Assembly (NCBI RefSeq): GCF_902652985.1
Contig: NC_047030.1
Location: forward strand, 3,658,001 to 3,722,000
Direction of reading: 5' to 3'
Origin: Pecten maximus
Taxonomy: Eukaryota
Length of the DNA: 64,000 nt
How positions within the stretch are numbered: position 1 is the stretch's first letter; each line of letters starts with the position of its first letter. Below, in pieces: positions 40,613 to 54,108 of the stretch. Both the position numbers and the translations under genes were made by a program. The notes under the pieces were generated by a model, which saw nothing but the letters and a program-made list of their open reading frames with translations, ran no database searches and was not told where the DNA came from.

Positions 40613-40765
40613 TAAGGTCAAGGTCACTGAAGACAAGTCAAAGGATGTATGATGTAGTTTTATAAGGTCAAGGTCACTCAAGACTGGTCAAAAGATGTAT
40701 GATATAGTTTTATAAGGTCAAGGTCACTCAAGACTGGTGAAAGTATGAATGAGGTAGTTTTATAA
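40613..40765. repeat. 50-bp tandem repeat, 3 copies, each containing AGGTCAAGGTCA
   Basis: Motif at 40615, 40665 and 40715. Confidence 0.9.
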
Positions 40766-43628
40766 ATATCATGATTTTATTGTTATGAAAAATGCTGACA
40801 AATTTTATAAATTTTTTTTTCATTATTTCCTGTACTATTTTGTTACCCAATCTCCACACGACAACAGTCTGTTCCAGTTGTTGAACCCAAATGTTGGGAC
40901 TTTCTTTAAGGTAGGAATTTGAGCGCAATTTGATATGTTCGTCTGCAAAACTCTGGCATTCTAATCGACCGTAGAAACCATATCAGGCTGTTTAAAGCTG
41001 ACATATTCAGCACCTATCTTGTATTATTGTGTGCCCTCAATAAATAGATACAGCTGAGGCCTCACGAAATGAGATATGTCGGTATATTAGCATTTGCTCC
41101 GCATTTTCCCCATTGACACAATAACGGGTTCCCATGGCATTAACAGCATTAAAACCATGTGCATTGCTTGAATGCATACAGAGAATAGGAAAGTGGGGGG
41201 AAAATTCATCAAGATTATAAAATAATTAAAAAAAAAATCATCAAATGAAATATATTTTGACAAGAGAGTTATATAATTTACAGGAATTTTTCCTCTGCCT
41301 GTACAACTCGGTATTTAAATTTTAATTATCTCTCATGTCTAAATAAATCATTAGCTGGTTTATTGCAACACGTACGTTTTATCAAACGAGCAAATAAAAA
41401 AAAACGTGTTATATATGGGACTAGATCTTTTCACGCTAATTTTAGATGAAAAAGCAAATACGAAAGTTTAACACGAAAGCGAACGATAGGGTCTTCTTAC
41501 AGTACATAGACCGACTGTAATATATGCCTAAAATTAATTGCAAATTGTTCGATGGAGGCTGCAGGGATGTCCCCCGTAACCCTTCTTATTTCCCAATTTC
41601 ATTTCGTGTCACGAGTTTGTATCTCCTATGGCTAACTAAATATTAACATGTTAACTGACGATCTCATCTCGTTTTTATTTACTCACTGTAAGCAGACAGC
41701 CACTTATGGGTGTGTTTGTGTGTCAGCCGGAGTTCTGCTCTCCAAGGAATCGCGAGGCTCCCAAAGGGGACAATAATAGTTTGTTTTGTTTCGATATTCC
41801 TGACTCTGGAGCATATTCTAAAGTACCGAAGTGTTTGTTCTACTCACCAGCATCCGTTTAATTGTCGAGCCTCTGAAATAAACTTGAAAAATTAATCAAC
41901 AAAAATGTATACAGATATACGGTATAACTATTTTCTGTGGATCCAACGCGTATAAATGTTTTGCTTTAGAGTTTAATTATGATGAAAGGAGATATGAATG
42001 TTAAAAGTTGTGTTTATTTCACATAAATCATGACTTTTATGTGTCATTCATATCGTTAATAGTTGGCGAGGTTATTTAGCTGAACATGTACTCGTCAATC
42101 TATCTTCCATCTTTCCGGTTAAGCTGAAACAGGATTTCAGTGTCTTCTCCATTTAATATCAACCTTTAGGGGAAATTTTGAAATAGGTCTAGCCAATGAC
42201 ACTTCTCGTTATAGAACAGTAATATAGATATGTTTGATTACAACTTGTAACGCTACGGCGTAACAAGTCCGGATAAAAATGTCAGGGGTAGCAACCGGAA
42301 GTATAATCGTGCATTGTCGGATGTTTACGTCAGCCTCGGGTTCAATAATCGCACAATTTCGGGCATCTCCGGCAAGTCTATTTACTGCCAACGGAAATAT
42401 ATTATTGGGAATAGATACACGTTATTATCATCGAATGGATAATGAATAATGGATATTATTTTTAAAAAAATCTACAGGAAACTAGTTTATGTGGTTAAAT
42501 ACTGAAATTCACGTTAACCGACTGTATTTGGACAATTTTTGCAAATTGATTTTTTTACGAATTGATGTTGTACTTCTAGGTTGAGTTTATCACGGCGCTT
42601 TTGAAACAATAAGATCTTAACTCGTATGAAACGCAACCAAAGTGACAATTGTTTTCGTAAGTCTTCAAAAATATCGTGAAATATGTTTAAATGAAATAAA
42701 CTTTTCGTGACGTCCTTACCCTTTGGGTGCCTCTACTGTAAACAGTACATCTCCAGGTACAGCATTATTTAGACATGCTTCAACGCCTTTCAATCGAACC
42801 TTATAAAGAGACCAAAAGTCAGAGTTTTTATGGACATTACCACTAACGAAATGGACTCGTATACATGTTACTAGACTTTCCTTTAAAACCCTTTAAATGC
42901 ATATCAAACATCAATTATAGCCTATTTACAGTAGACCCAGGGGTATTTAATGTATGTGAGGTTTATAGATATATATCAAAATGTTACTGAAGAATAAACC
43001 GTGATCGTATATGATATGGTTCAATGCCAACCTGCTTTTGTATACTTATCGAATAATGTCAAATGTGCATATTGACCTTGGTCATAACACATAAGGATAG
43101 ATACTGTTTATGTAATATGTTATCAGTGAATATTATAGCAAGTGATTACCCTTTGATTATCAAATGTATTGCAGATAACGATCTTTTATTACATTTTAAA
43201 GGGATCTACGGCATTCGAGGATTACAAATGTATTCTAAAGACGTCATGCTTGACAAAAGGATGCAAATAAGTTTGAAAAGGTCGTCTCAATATATATCCG
43301 GGTTCCCGCCAGTCCTTTAGAAAGATTTGTTCACAAAAATGTATTTTTCTTCGATGTATTACAGTTCTTTTATCGCATCTATTTCAATAATAATAACAAA
43401 CATATTTAAATACACATTCTTTTATAGTTTCGAAGCATTTCTTCCCATGTTACAACTCAACTAAGCAATTCATTCAAAATGGAACAGTGATGTTGTCAAG
43501 GATAACGTCATAAAAATACGACGTCAAAATATGGTCGTTTTTAAATTCATTTTGGAGAAAGTTCCTGGAAATATATTGATTAGAATGCTTTTCTCCTGCT
43601 GAATATGATGTATAACTGTTTTACAATG

Positions 43629-43836
43629 AGGAAAAGCAATAGTAACGACGTATAAGATTTAACAAAGGGAAAAGTAATAGTAACGACGTATAAGATTTAA
43701 CCAAGGAAACAGTAATAGTAACGACGTATAAGATTTAACAAAGGAAAAAGTAATAGTAACGACGTATAAGATTTAATAAAGGAAAAAGTAATAGTAACGA
43801 CGTATAAGATTTAATAAAGGAAAAAGTAATAGTAAT
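43629..43836. repeat. 38-bp tandem repeat, about 5.5 copies
   Basis: AGTAACGACG at 43641, 43679, 43717 and onward. Confidence 0.92.
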
Positions 43837-44275
43837 GATATCTAATACTTTACGATGAGAAAAAACAAGAATATATAAAAACCTGATTTGTGGTAGTTCA
43901 CCCACTGTGGACAGACATGTAATTCTTATGTAACATAGATTACAGCGCGCCTTTCTTATCTTAACTATGAAACATATCTATTTAAGGTTCACGCAGAGTG
44001 TAACTCTAACTTGTAATGATAGCTATCATCCAGGCTCAGCCTGTATTTATGCAAACGAGAATTCAAGCTCTTGAATTAGTAACTGAACCCGTTTTACTAG
44101 CGCACCTGGCTCAATAATGTACATATATAGATTAGGGTTTCGGTAATAGGGGTATCACATCTTAACATAACATAACCCTCCATCCTGCAGGCTGGGGACA
44201 TCAAGCACATTTAATCAGAACTTTTGTGTCAATAAAATAAATGTATGGAATGTTCCGTTTAGAATTAGTTTTATT

Positions 44276-44762
44276 GTGGTAGTACCAACGAAACATTGTA
44301 GATTAAGAGTATATTTTAATGTGGTAGTACCGACAAAACATTGTAGATTAAGAGTATATTTTAATGTGGTGGCACCGACAAAACATTGTAGATTAAGAGT
44401 ATATTTTAATGGGGTAGTACCGACGAAACATTGTAGATTAAGAGTATATTTTAATGGGGTAGAACCAACGAAACATTGTAGATTAAGAGTATATTTTAAT
44501 GGGGTAGTACCAACGAAACATTGTAGATTAAGAGTATATTTTAATGGGGTAGAACCAACGAAACATTGTAGATTAAGAGTATATTTTAATGGGGTAGAAC
44601 CAACGAAACATTGTAGATTAAGAATATATTTTAATGTGGTAGTACCAACGAAACAGTGTAGATTAAGAGTATATTTTAATGTGGTAGTACCAACGAAACA
44701 TTGTAGATTAAGAATATATTTTAATGTGGTGGTACCGACAAAACATTGTAGATTAAGAGTAT
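44276..44762. repeat. 45-bp tandem repeat, about 11 copies
   Basis: GTGGTAGTACCAACGAAACATTGTAGATTAAGAGTATATTTTAAT. Confidence 0.97.
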
Positions 44763-47267
44763 AAACACAAAACACAAAACGTCATACAACTTGTACATCC
44801 CATTAAGGTTGGTTTCTTCAATGTTCTCCACAAATATCCGGTTCTACAGAGGTCACAGCATTGTCGCCTTACTAACCTTAATGCCATCGTCTATCCCTTT
44901 GAGGACCGGAATTGTCTTCCGATATTTGCGTATTTATATGCATACTTGAACTGTATAGTGTAAATGAATATATTATTTATTTCATCTTTAAAACAAACTA
45001 TGTTTGACGACATGTACACTGTATAGGCTACGGAACTACGAATAAAAACATATTATATTTTTGCCGCCTCATCATGGATTCTGTTTAGATATTGGGTTTA
45101 GATCTTGTGTGGCCTTGATTTGCACATTTGTTACCGTACACAGCTGGATTGCTCCACAATTGTATAAGCACGTGAAACATTAGCCGACTTTAAATTCGAA
45201 AATTATTAATCGAGTGTAAATGAATACCGTAGTCAGATTTAACACAACACTTATATTTGACAACCATCTTTCTTACGGTTGCTTTTGTATCCATTTAATC
45301 TATACTGCTGCAGTAACTGAGAACTAAGGAATGTCTCATAACAGATTTGTTTTCAAATGACATCAAATGACATCAAATGGCAATGTTGACGGCAGTGTGA
45401 TTTTAAATTTTAAACATATTTGCAAGTATTTCATTTTACAGGAAGTGTTAGGCGAGGTGGGCCATATGACAAGATACCCAATGATGTCCACATTTAAAAC
45501 AGGAACAAAAAAAACACACGCAAAAAACAACAAGAAAGCAAACAAAGTTTGGGGTTTTTGTGGGGGGTGGGGGGTGTAGGGCGTAAATGAAGACAACCTG
45601 AAAACTGTTTGAAGCAAAACTGTAATTCTTATTCAAAATTAATATTACGAAGGCAAGATATAGATTTACCTGGAGATTCTTGGAAGTTATCTGTGGAAAA
45701 AGAAACTAAACTTAACATGTGGCGTCTTGAGTCGCTACTTTCATTATCAATGATATACGTTAATAAAATATGATCTTATTCCTTGTAAGTATATTCCGTT
45801 GCACATTGCTATCAGAAATTTAGTATATAGCACTGTATGTAATATTCCTTATACAAATGCCGGATAATTATTTCTTGGTAAATTAACAGGACAACCTACA
45901 TCTGACTGTCGGAAGCTTAGGTACAATTAGGGCTTACAACTTCGACATGTAATGATGGCAATGCTTATCCCTCGTGTAATTAGCCCTGCCCTTTGGGTGA
46001 CAACTGGTCGTGTGGTTAGAGTCAGCTGTAGGTGTGACCACCTTGTAAAGCCAAGCGTCATTGTTAATAAGTTACACCTATACAGAAAATCAACATAATT
46101 AACCGAGTCAGGCTTTTGAATGTTGAATAATATCTATGTCGTCAATCAGTTGATGAAACCCTTCGTTAAATCCATGGTGATATCTTCACGGACACTGTAA
46201 CTAGTTAAGTTATAAACAACGGTGAAATGGTCACAACAAGACTATACCATAGACAAGCTACAATGGTACTGATGGAGTGATAACGACACGCGTAATAGAT
46301 AATAAAAAATAATTTAATTGATATATAAAACTGGTATATATTTTTGTCGATAAATAATTGGATTAAACATATTATGGAAACCAATGGTAGTATGACGTTT
46401 GTGGAATTTTGAAGAAAACAACATGTTGCTTCCGACTGCATGGTGAGAGAATTAAACCAATATAGGATTAATTTAAACATCGGAACAAATTCTTTATAGC
46501 TTTTGTTTAGGGCACAGTTACGAAAAGAACATATATGCTGACAGCTATAGCCATCTTAAGTTATTGGCTAATACTAATTGAACTGTCCATTTGTCCATCC
46601 TACTGTTTAGTGTAGCCGCCATGTATCGTTACGTAAACACTGTTCATTGATTGGTCGCTCAGGATAACCAAAGCAAAACTCAAATTTAGCATCGTCAGAG
46701 TTGTCAGATATAAATAGTGTATGCCACTGTAAAATATATACGATAATCAATCCTTAGTGCAATGTGGATGATTTATCTGGAGGAAAATAAGCATCCTGTA
46801 AAAGGTCCTCAAGAACAGAGTACAAGATGCATTTATTTGGTTTGATACCAATTTATCACAAATGTCATTCACAAAGCAAGTAACATATTTTCACTTTTAA
46901 AATCAATACCAATCGTTATAAATCAGCACTGTAACACGCCTGGTGTGGGCCAGCATAATTATCTCTGCTGAAACAGATGTTTAATATCACAAATACATAT
47001 AAACAGGTATTTTATTACTTCATGTATATGCATGGAACGGGTAGTAACACTCGTTTTATAAACTTAATGATAGAGCTATACTGCTAATCTGACCAGGAAA
47101 CCTGAATCAATCCTAAAACAGACAATGCAGTGGTGCCTGTTATGTTAATGATTGTCCGTTATGTTACATTCTAGCGGCAACAACAACATCATAACGTGTA
47201 TCTGTTGTATGAGTTGTAAAAAGAGGGGATGTACTACCTAAAATAGTAATCTCTATTGTTATATCTG

Positions 47268-47306
<39 letters not shown>

Positions 47307-47362
47307 ATAGTCGTAGTAGTAGTAATAGTCGTAGTAGTCGTAGTAGTAGTAGTAGTAGTAAC

Positions 47363-47425
<63 letters not shown>

Positions 47426-48332
47426 GTGTTGTAGTAGTAGTGGTGTAGTGGTAGTAGTGTCGTAGTAGTAGTATAGTGTAGTTAGTAGTGGTGGTGTGGT
47501 GGTGTGGTGGTGTAGTGAGGTGGTGGTGTGGTGGTGTAGTGGTGTGGTGGTGTGGTGGTCGTAGTGTGGTGGTGTGGTGGTGTGGTGGTTCGTAGTCGTC
47601 GTCTGTAGTGTGTCGTGGTGTGGTGTAGGTCGTCGTGTAGTGTCGTGGGGTAGGTAGTAGTAGTCGTAGGTGGTGGTGGTGTCGTGGTGGGTTGTGGTGT
47701 GGTGTGTAGTGTGTAGGTGTAGTGGGCGTGGTCGTGGTTGGTGGTCGTGGTAGTGTGAGTAGTAGTGGTAGTAGGTGTGTAGTGGTAGTGTGTAGTGGTG
47801 TAGTGTAGAGTAGTAGTAGTGGTGTGTGGTGGTGAGTGGTAGTAGTGTAGTGTAGTGGTGGTGAGTGTAGTAGTGTCGTAGTAGTAGAGTAGGTAGTAGG
47901 TAGTGTAGGGGTAGTAGTAGTGTTGTTGTGGTGGTGGTTTGTGGTGGTAGTAGTAGTGGTGGTGGTGGTGGTGGCGTGTCGTCGTTCGTCGTGGGGTGGT
48001 GGTGGTGTAGTAGTCGTCGTGTGTGGGTGGTGGTGTGTGTCGTGGTGGTGGTGGTGGTCTTCGTCCTCGTAGTAGTATGGTGGTGGTAGTCGTATTAGTA
48101 GTAGTAGTAGTGTGGTGGTTGGTGGTGGTGTGGTTGTCGTCGTAGTTCGTAAGTCTAGTCGTAGTCAAGTATCGTGGTGGTGGTGGTCGTCAGTCTTGTC
48201 GTATTCGTCGTGGTGGTGGTGGTGGTGGTGTAGTACAGAGTCGTCCGTAGGTAGAGAGTAGTCTAGTTTCGTGTGGTATGTCTGTCGTGGTCGTGGTAGT
48301 GGTAGTGGTAGTAGTAGTAGTAGTAGTAGTAG

Positions 48333-48364
<32 letters not shown>
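47268..48364. repeat. Compound (GTA)n/(GTG)n/(GTC)n/(GTT)n microsatellite with a scrambled centre
   Basis: Clean GTA at both ends, GTT at the 3' end and an irregular GT-rich core. Confidence 0.95.
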
Positions 48365-48834
48365 ATCTAGAGTCCCTAGAAGGGCAGAGCTCCTGTATAA
48401 AACAGTTTAAATTTAGGTATCAATACTTTAGTCCTTTAGTTCACTAACCTAGAGTCCAGAAGGACAGAGCTCCTGTATAAAACAGTTTATATCGTTTTAG
48501 CTCTACTTCATCTAACCAGCAATTTCTATTGAAAGGTGCTACAGGAAATATCTTTGTCTTTTGTAAACTCCTCTCGAATCGCACACCAAAGCCGAAACTA
48601 CACTGAGCTATACCGGCTAGGACATCGTGTAATAGATCACCGATGATATGTTGACTATTGGGTTGGAGCCTGTACAGTTGTCATATCACGTGTTTTAATA
48701 ATGTTTTCAGTGGTGATTTATATGACACATGCTCTCATAAATACATATATGTATGGAACGGTAATATGCAAATATATAATATTAAACGTGTGCATGTCTT
48801 GTAAAGATAGTGTAAGTACTGATGACCGCTATTG

Positions 48835-49150
48835 AATGACACTAAACACACACCTCAACTCCTTTAAATGACGCTTTACACACCTCAACTCTATTAAATG
48901 ACGCTTTACACACCTCATCTCCATTAAATGACGCTATACACACCTCATCTCCATAAAATGACGCTCGCTTTACACACCTCAACCCCATTAAATGACACTA
49001 AACACAAACTTCAACTCCATTAAATGACGCTATACACACCTCGACTCCATCAAATGACACTAATCACACACCATTAAATGTCCCTAAACATAGTGCTCAT
49101 CTCAATTAAATGACGCTATACAAAGTGCTCATCTCAAAATCATGACGCTG
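48835..49150. repeat. Degenerate tandem repeat of about 30 bp (AAATGACGCTTTACACACCTCAACTCCATT)
   Basis: Direct inspection. Confidence 0.85.
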
Positions 49151-49769
49151 TACACATGAATCAACCGATTTACAAATCTAGCAATCTGACTGTAAAAATC
49201 GTCATATTTTACTGCGAGTTTTCATTTTGGTGAAAACCGTCAGTGGTTACCACACGTTTCTATTCATTGTATCATTTTTTTTAAATAATGTCGGAGTTAT
49301 GTTTGTAATGCTATGTGACGGCCCTCGCGATATTCAACACTTACATTTGTTGAGTGATCTCCTTTAGACATTTAAGCTTATCATGCTATTTATATCTGTA
49401 TTGCCATAGTGTTCTGGTCTAATGATAGCGGTTTAAACAGGCATGTCAATATTTATATGTGTGTTCAATGATTCCGATATACTAGTATTTCAGTCAAAAA
49501 TAAATCCCGATCGAAGAACAAGTTTATATCAGGCTGTTGTCATATCACAAAAAATGAATATATAAAAAAATATATCAGCAAATCATCAATACCACAACGT
49601 AATACAACACCATATTAACATATGTGGTCAGAGTCGTTTCAAATTGAATGTTAAACATTTTGGAAGTATGATATTACATAAATGAAACATGTAGATTTAT
49701 TTCAATTTAAAGGTTTGAAATTAATTAGCATTGAAATAGAAACTGTAAAAATAATATAATTCATTTCAG

Positions 49770-49914
49770 GATGGAATTGGTCTGGCATGGAGAATTCGAT
49801 CGTCTCTTCAGCCAGTACTTTCCCCACATGTGGTACCTTGTTCCCACGTTCAACCCGCCAAACGACAGATGGAGGACATTCAAAGATAGTGCTAAAGTCC
49901 GATTCTCATGTCAG
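49770..49914 (+). CDS. Coding exon 2 of the zf-3CxxC gene: (R)MELVWHGEFDRLFSQYFPHMWYLVPTFNPPNDRWRTFKDSAKVRFSCQ
   Basis: Acceptor TTTCAG|G and donor CAG|GTAAGG. The W..F...W.L...W......A..RFSC pattern is typical of the start of RTP-like 3CxxC proteins, and the first CxxC is split across the next intron. Confidence 0.93.
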
Positions 49915-52807
49915 GTAAGGATAACGTCCTATCATCAGGAAAGGACGAGTTTGGTATTGCTTAACGTCCTATCATCAGGAAAGGATAAGTTTGGTATCAT
50001 TTAAAGTCCTATAAACAGGTACGGGTGGGTTTTGTGTTGTTAAACATCCTATCAACACAATATAAAAATATGATTATAACAAACGTTTCGAAACCATTCA
50101 CATATGCATACAATACAGACTCTTTCAATCACAATGTCATCACCTATTTTGACTATTTATGTTCCTAACAGTTTACATAACGAGTCATATGAATATTATC
50201 CCCGTCATAACTCCTTTATAGATCTCTCAGTATCATCTCTGTACTATCTTCTACGTTAAAGTTAATAATCAAGAGTGATTTAATATGGTTAAGCATAGAC
50301 TAAGCTGACAATGCATGCTGAGAACAGTCAAGATTCCAGAGGACAGTCGCTACTTCTTAGTTATATCAACCTGTTCTTTTTTTTTGCATTGTCAGCTTAA
50401 TGGTAATATGAACTATTTTGGACGTCTGTTCAATGTATGTTAACAAACAAACAAAAAATGACGCTGAAATAGTAACGTTTTTTTTTTACTTATTTAACCG
50501 AATATTCAATGTTGATCTACAAATGTGGGGTGAGATGGACAACCTGTTTTGATGTTCTGTAGGAAAACGACACATCGTCCTAGATAATGACAGTAAATAT
50601 GAATGAAAAGGGTAAACATATCAATGTTAGATAACACAAACTCAAGGACCTTGACACTGAACAAACTAGTGACATAGTTTAAGGACCTAAAAGAGCATGC
50701 TATTTATTATTTTCGATTACAAAAGATTGCGCACTTTCTAAAGCACTAAACCCGAGTGTACAATGATAACATCTAGTTACAAAGAGATCTGTTAAGTTAC
50801 GCCTTTTTTATTTTGTTTTAATTGTGTTAAGTATATTTCATATTTATAAGTTTGTTAAAAGTGCCTTAGTATGATGAATTTGAATCCAATGACACCACGC
50901 AGATATTAAATTTAGGTCGTTTGTTTAGAAAAAAATACCATAGTTTTAATATCTTACCAGAAATTATCACTATAAGACGGGCAATATTAGATTGGCAAGT
51001 CGTTCATTGTTTTTAAGCAAGTACATCGCCAAGTTTTTGTTATCTGATAAGCATCACATGTCATCCCAAACAGAATGCTCTAAAGATATTGACAATTCAT
51101 TAAATAAAAAATATCTTTTTTTATTTCATGCAAACTATAGATATCTGGAGTTGTGTTTGGAATGTTGTGTTTAGTTTCGCTTGATTTTTATATTCGGCAT
51201 TCCCCGCTTCTGATGAATGTTCCTTTTATGACAATGAACACATATTTTGCGATACAGTGAGCAAGCACAACGCATGACCATGACTTGTGACCTTTGGACG
51301 GGTAGGGACGGATCGACTGGCGTAGCTACAGTTTTGTTTACATGGTAACACGAAACGGGTACATCACGTATTCTTATCACAAAGATACACGATACCGTAC
51401 CATGCCGTGTATGTTAAAGTCGAGTCCATGCACACAGAATCTTATGTCAGGTTTTCGTAACATCGTTACCCGTCCTAAATATCTGATCTAATTAATATAG
51501 ATTGTCATCCAAATAATGACACTTCGTTTGTACGGCCATAAACGGCCTCGCTACGACCAGGGTTATGTGTTGATAAATGTCAATGAGACACTCATATTAT
51601 ACACATCACAGAACCATCGAACAGTTAGATGATGATGATCAAATTCGGTCTCTTAAACCTTTAGTCCACGCCAGTACTTGCTGTATTACGGACTGGAGAC
51701 ATGATGTACATGTTAATAGTTACAACATCAAACAAGTCAAACAAGTGTTTAGGCTCTGCTAGGAGGGTACTTAAACGTGAAAGTAAAGTTACTTTACCAT
51801 TTACATTACTTAAAATTATGTTTGTTTCCTAATACCATGCATCATTTTTTACTCAAATGTTGATGTTTTCGATTCAGGAGTGAAAATGGTCATGGGAAAG
51901 TGCAAAATCTATTCACTTCTTCAAATTCAGTTTGAAATCGGGTGGTGGCAAGACATTCGGTTTTTGCTATAAAGTGATATGTTGGGTGATATACTGAGAG
52001 AATGTTACCTGTAAATGACAATACAGCTGGAAATCTACAATATACTACTGTCCACTTCAGGACCTCTCCCGAGTTTTCCTATTTAAGAATACATAGTGGT
52101 CGATGTTCGAAACATCATCACTTGTAATCGAAGGTGACACAGATATGTACTAATGTACAGGCATTTCAATCGTCATCTAATCCAATATTCCTTTTATCAA
52201 CAGTATAATGTCTGCGTTAACGTGACTTTTAGCCTTAACACTATTATCTACCGAAGAGAAAAACTCGTAGACAACGTGTCAGTTTCTACACAATGATATG
52301 CGTTTTTGATTGATAGATTAGTAAACAACGTAATGGATCTATAGTGATTAATAGTGCATATTAAAACTTAAAGCTCTCTTTTTTTCTTTGACATAGCAAT
52401 GAGAAATCCTTCAAGAATAACTTACCTCTGACATCCCAATATCACGTATGACTCAATATATCAAATCGTGCATCTTTAATAACCGTTTAACCCCTTTACT
52501 GGTTAATGCATGACATATCTCAAATGTAAACAGCCAACCGGGTACAACTTCAGTGAGCCGAACTCTTTAAATGTGCTAATTGGTTATTGGAATAGTGCTT
52601 ATGCTCCACTGTACACGCTTCGTTAGAGTTAGCAGTTATTAAATGTCATATCATGTGAAGAGTACATCTGATGTCACACCAAGAACGTGTGTTGTTTTAT
52701 GGGAGACATGTCTTTCTATTTATATACCTAACAACGAATCCTACAAGGCAGACAATGCTGGATGACACAGTTTTACTCGTTTTTTTGCTGTACTGTACTA
52801 GCTACTC

Positions 52808-52878
52808 AAACCTGGCACGTCCTTAAATGACCCTGGCTGTTAATAGGACGTTAAACAAAAACAAACAAACAAACAAAC
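52808..52878 (+). mobile_element. 5'-truncated copy (3' tail) of the same SINE with target-site duplication
   Basis: Matches 39422-39478 and ends in (CAAA)n. Flanked by ACTAGCTACTCAA (52797-52809) and ACTAGCTTCTCAA (52877-52889). Confidence 0.9.
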
Positions 52879-53907
52879 TAGCTTCTCAATATGTATTAAA
52901 ATGCGTTAATACTAAGACCACTCCATGAACTCAACAGTCAGTATAAAAAGATGTTATGAAATAACTCAAAACTCTATAAATTACTTTTTTCCGCGACAGT
53001 CTTAAACAGTTTGTTGTCATAATCTGCACTGAAATATAATAGTCGTGATATGACAAATCCGCCAAAGTGTGATTAAAAAACAAAAAACAAAAAACAAAAC
53101 CCACTGTAATTAATGTTAGTGAGGAGCATGGCCGTGATTAGCAGAGATTACATTTCTATTCCTTTGTCTATTCGTGATATTTCATCATCAACTTGATAAC
53201 GTAAATTTCTCATGACATACTGAGTAAAACACAACTATTGTGATAGCTATCTACTTTAATGTAGATGGTAAAACCAGGGTCAGACATATCACCTCAAAGA
53301 TATGCATGGTTGCACATTGAATAGACAGGAATATCTAGTTTAAACTGAATTGGGGACTATTTGTACTAGGTTTTATCGAAGTAGAGTAGAAAGTTTACCC
53401 TGTACAATTGATTGATTTTTAAAAAAAGCAACCAAATTTTACTCAGTTTTGTGTTTTTTAGATAAACACATGTCTAACATAAATCAATAAGGTGAAATAC
53501 TAGATATATTGACGAAATAATACACTGCTTATCTCTATATCTAATCATTGTACAAAGGACACACAAATGAAAACCATCTTTAAATGTGCTGAATTATCCC
53601 GAACTCTGATAACTCGAATAAACTTTAATACCCTACTTAAATCGAAGTCAACATTCAGTTCCCAAGGTAAAAATTCTATGTAAATTTTACTCGTTTACCT
53701 CGAATAATCTAGGAATTTTGTTTTTATCTTGGGCCATTGAATTGGTGATAACAACTTTCGATTGTATAGGTAGAATTCGCCAATGTTGTTAGGAGCCAAG
53801 ATAACTGGAAATCTAGAAGGGAAATCAGATCTGGGATCAACAGCTTATCAGGATAAGATGTTTTCAAGGATGTATTACATAAAGAATACATATACATACA
53901 AGTAAAT

Positions 53908-54108
53908 TACTGTAAATTTACTCAATTTGGCGAACTCAAATTTTTGCCTGATATCAAATTTTAACAGAACAGCGCAGGTGAATTTAAGTACCAATATTAC
54001 TTGCTTTTGGAACATGGAATGCAATTTGCGCAATCATAATTAAGCGGAATGCTTCTAGCGCGGTTATTGCTAAAATAAATTACCGCTAAAACATGTTCTT
54101 TTACAGTA
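53908..54108. mobile_element. TA-flanked MITE of similar type
   Basis: Termini TACTGTAAA...TTTACAGTA with imperfect subterminal inverted similarity. Related eroded right ends occur near 4727, 61041 and 62142. Confidence 0.55.

Noticed and set aside
47256-48168. Poly-Val and Thr/His/Pro-rich ORFs
   Set aside because: Microsatellite translation.
49915-50004. ORF continuation VRITSYHQ... after exon 2
   Set aside because: It lies beyond a strong CAG|GTAAGG donor, is locally duplicated sequence and would break the first CxxC.
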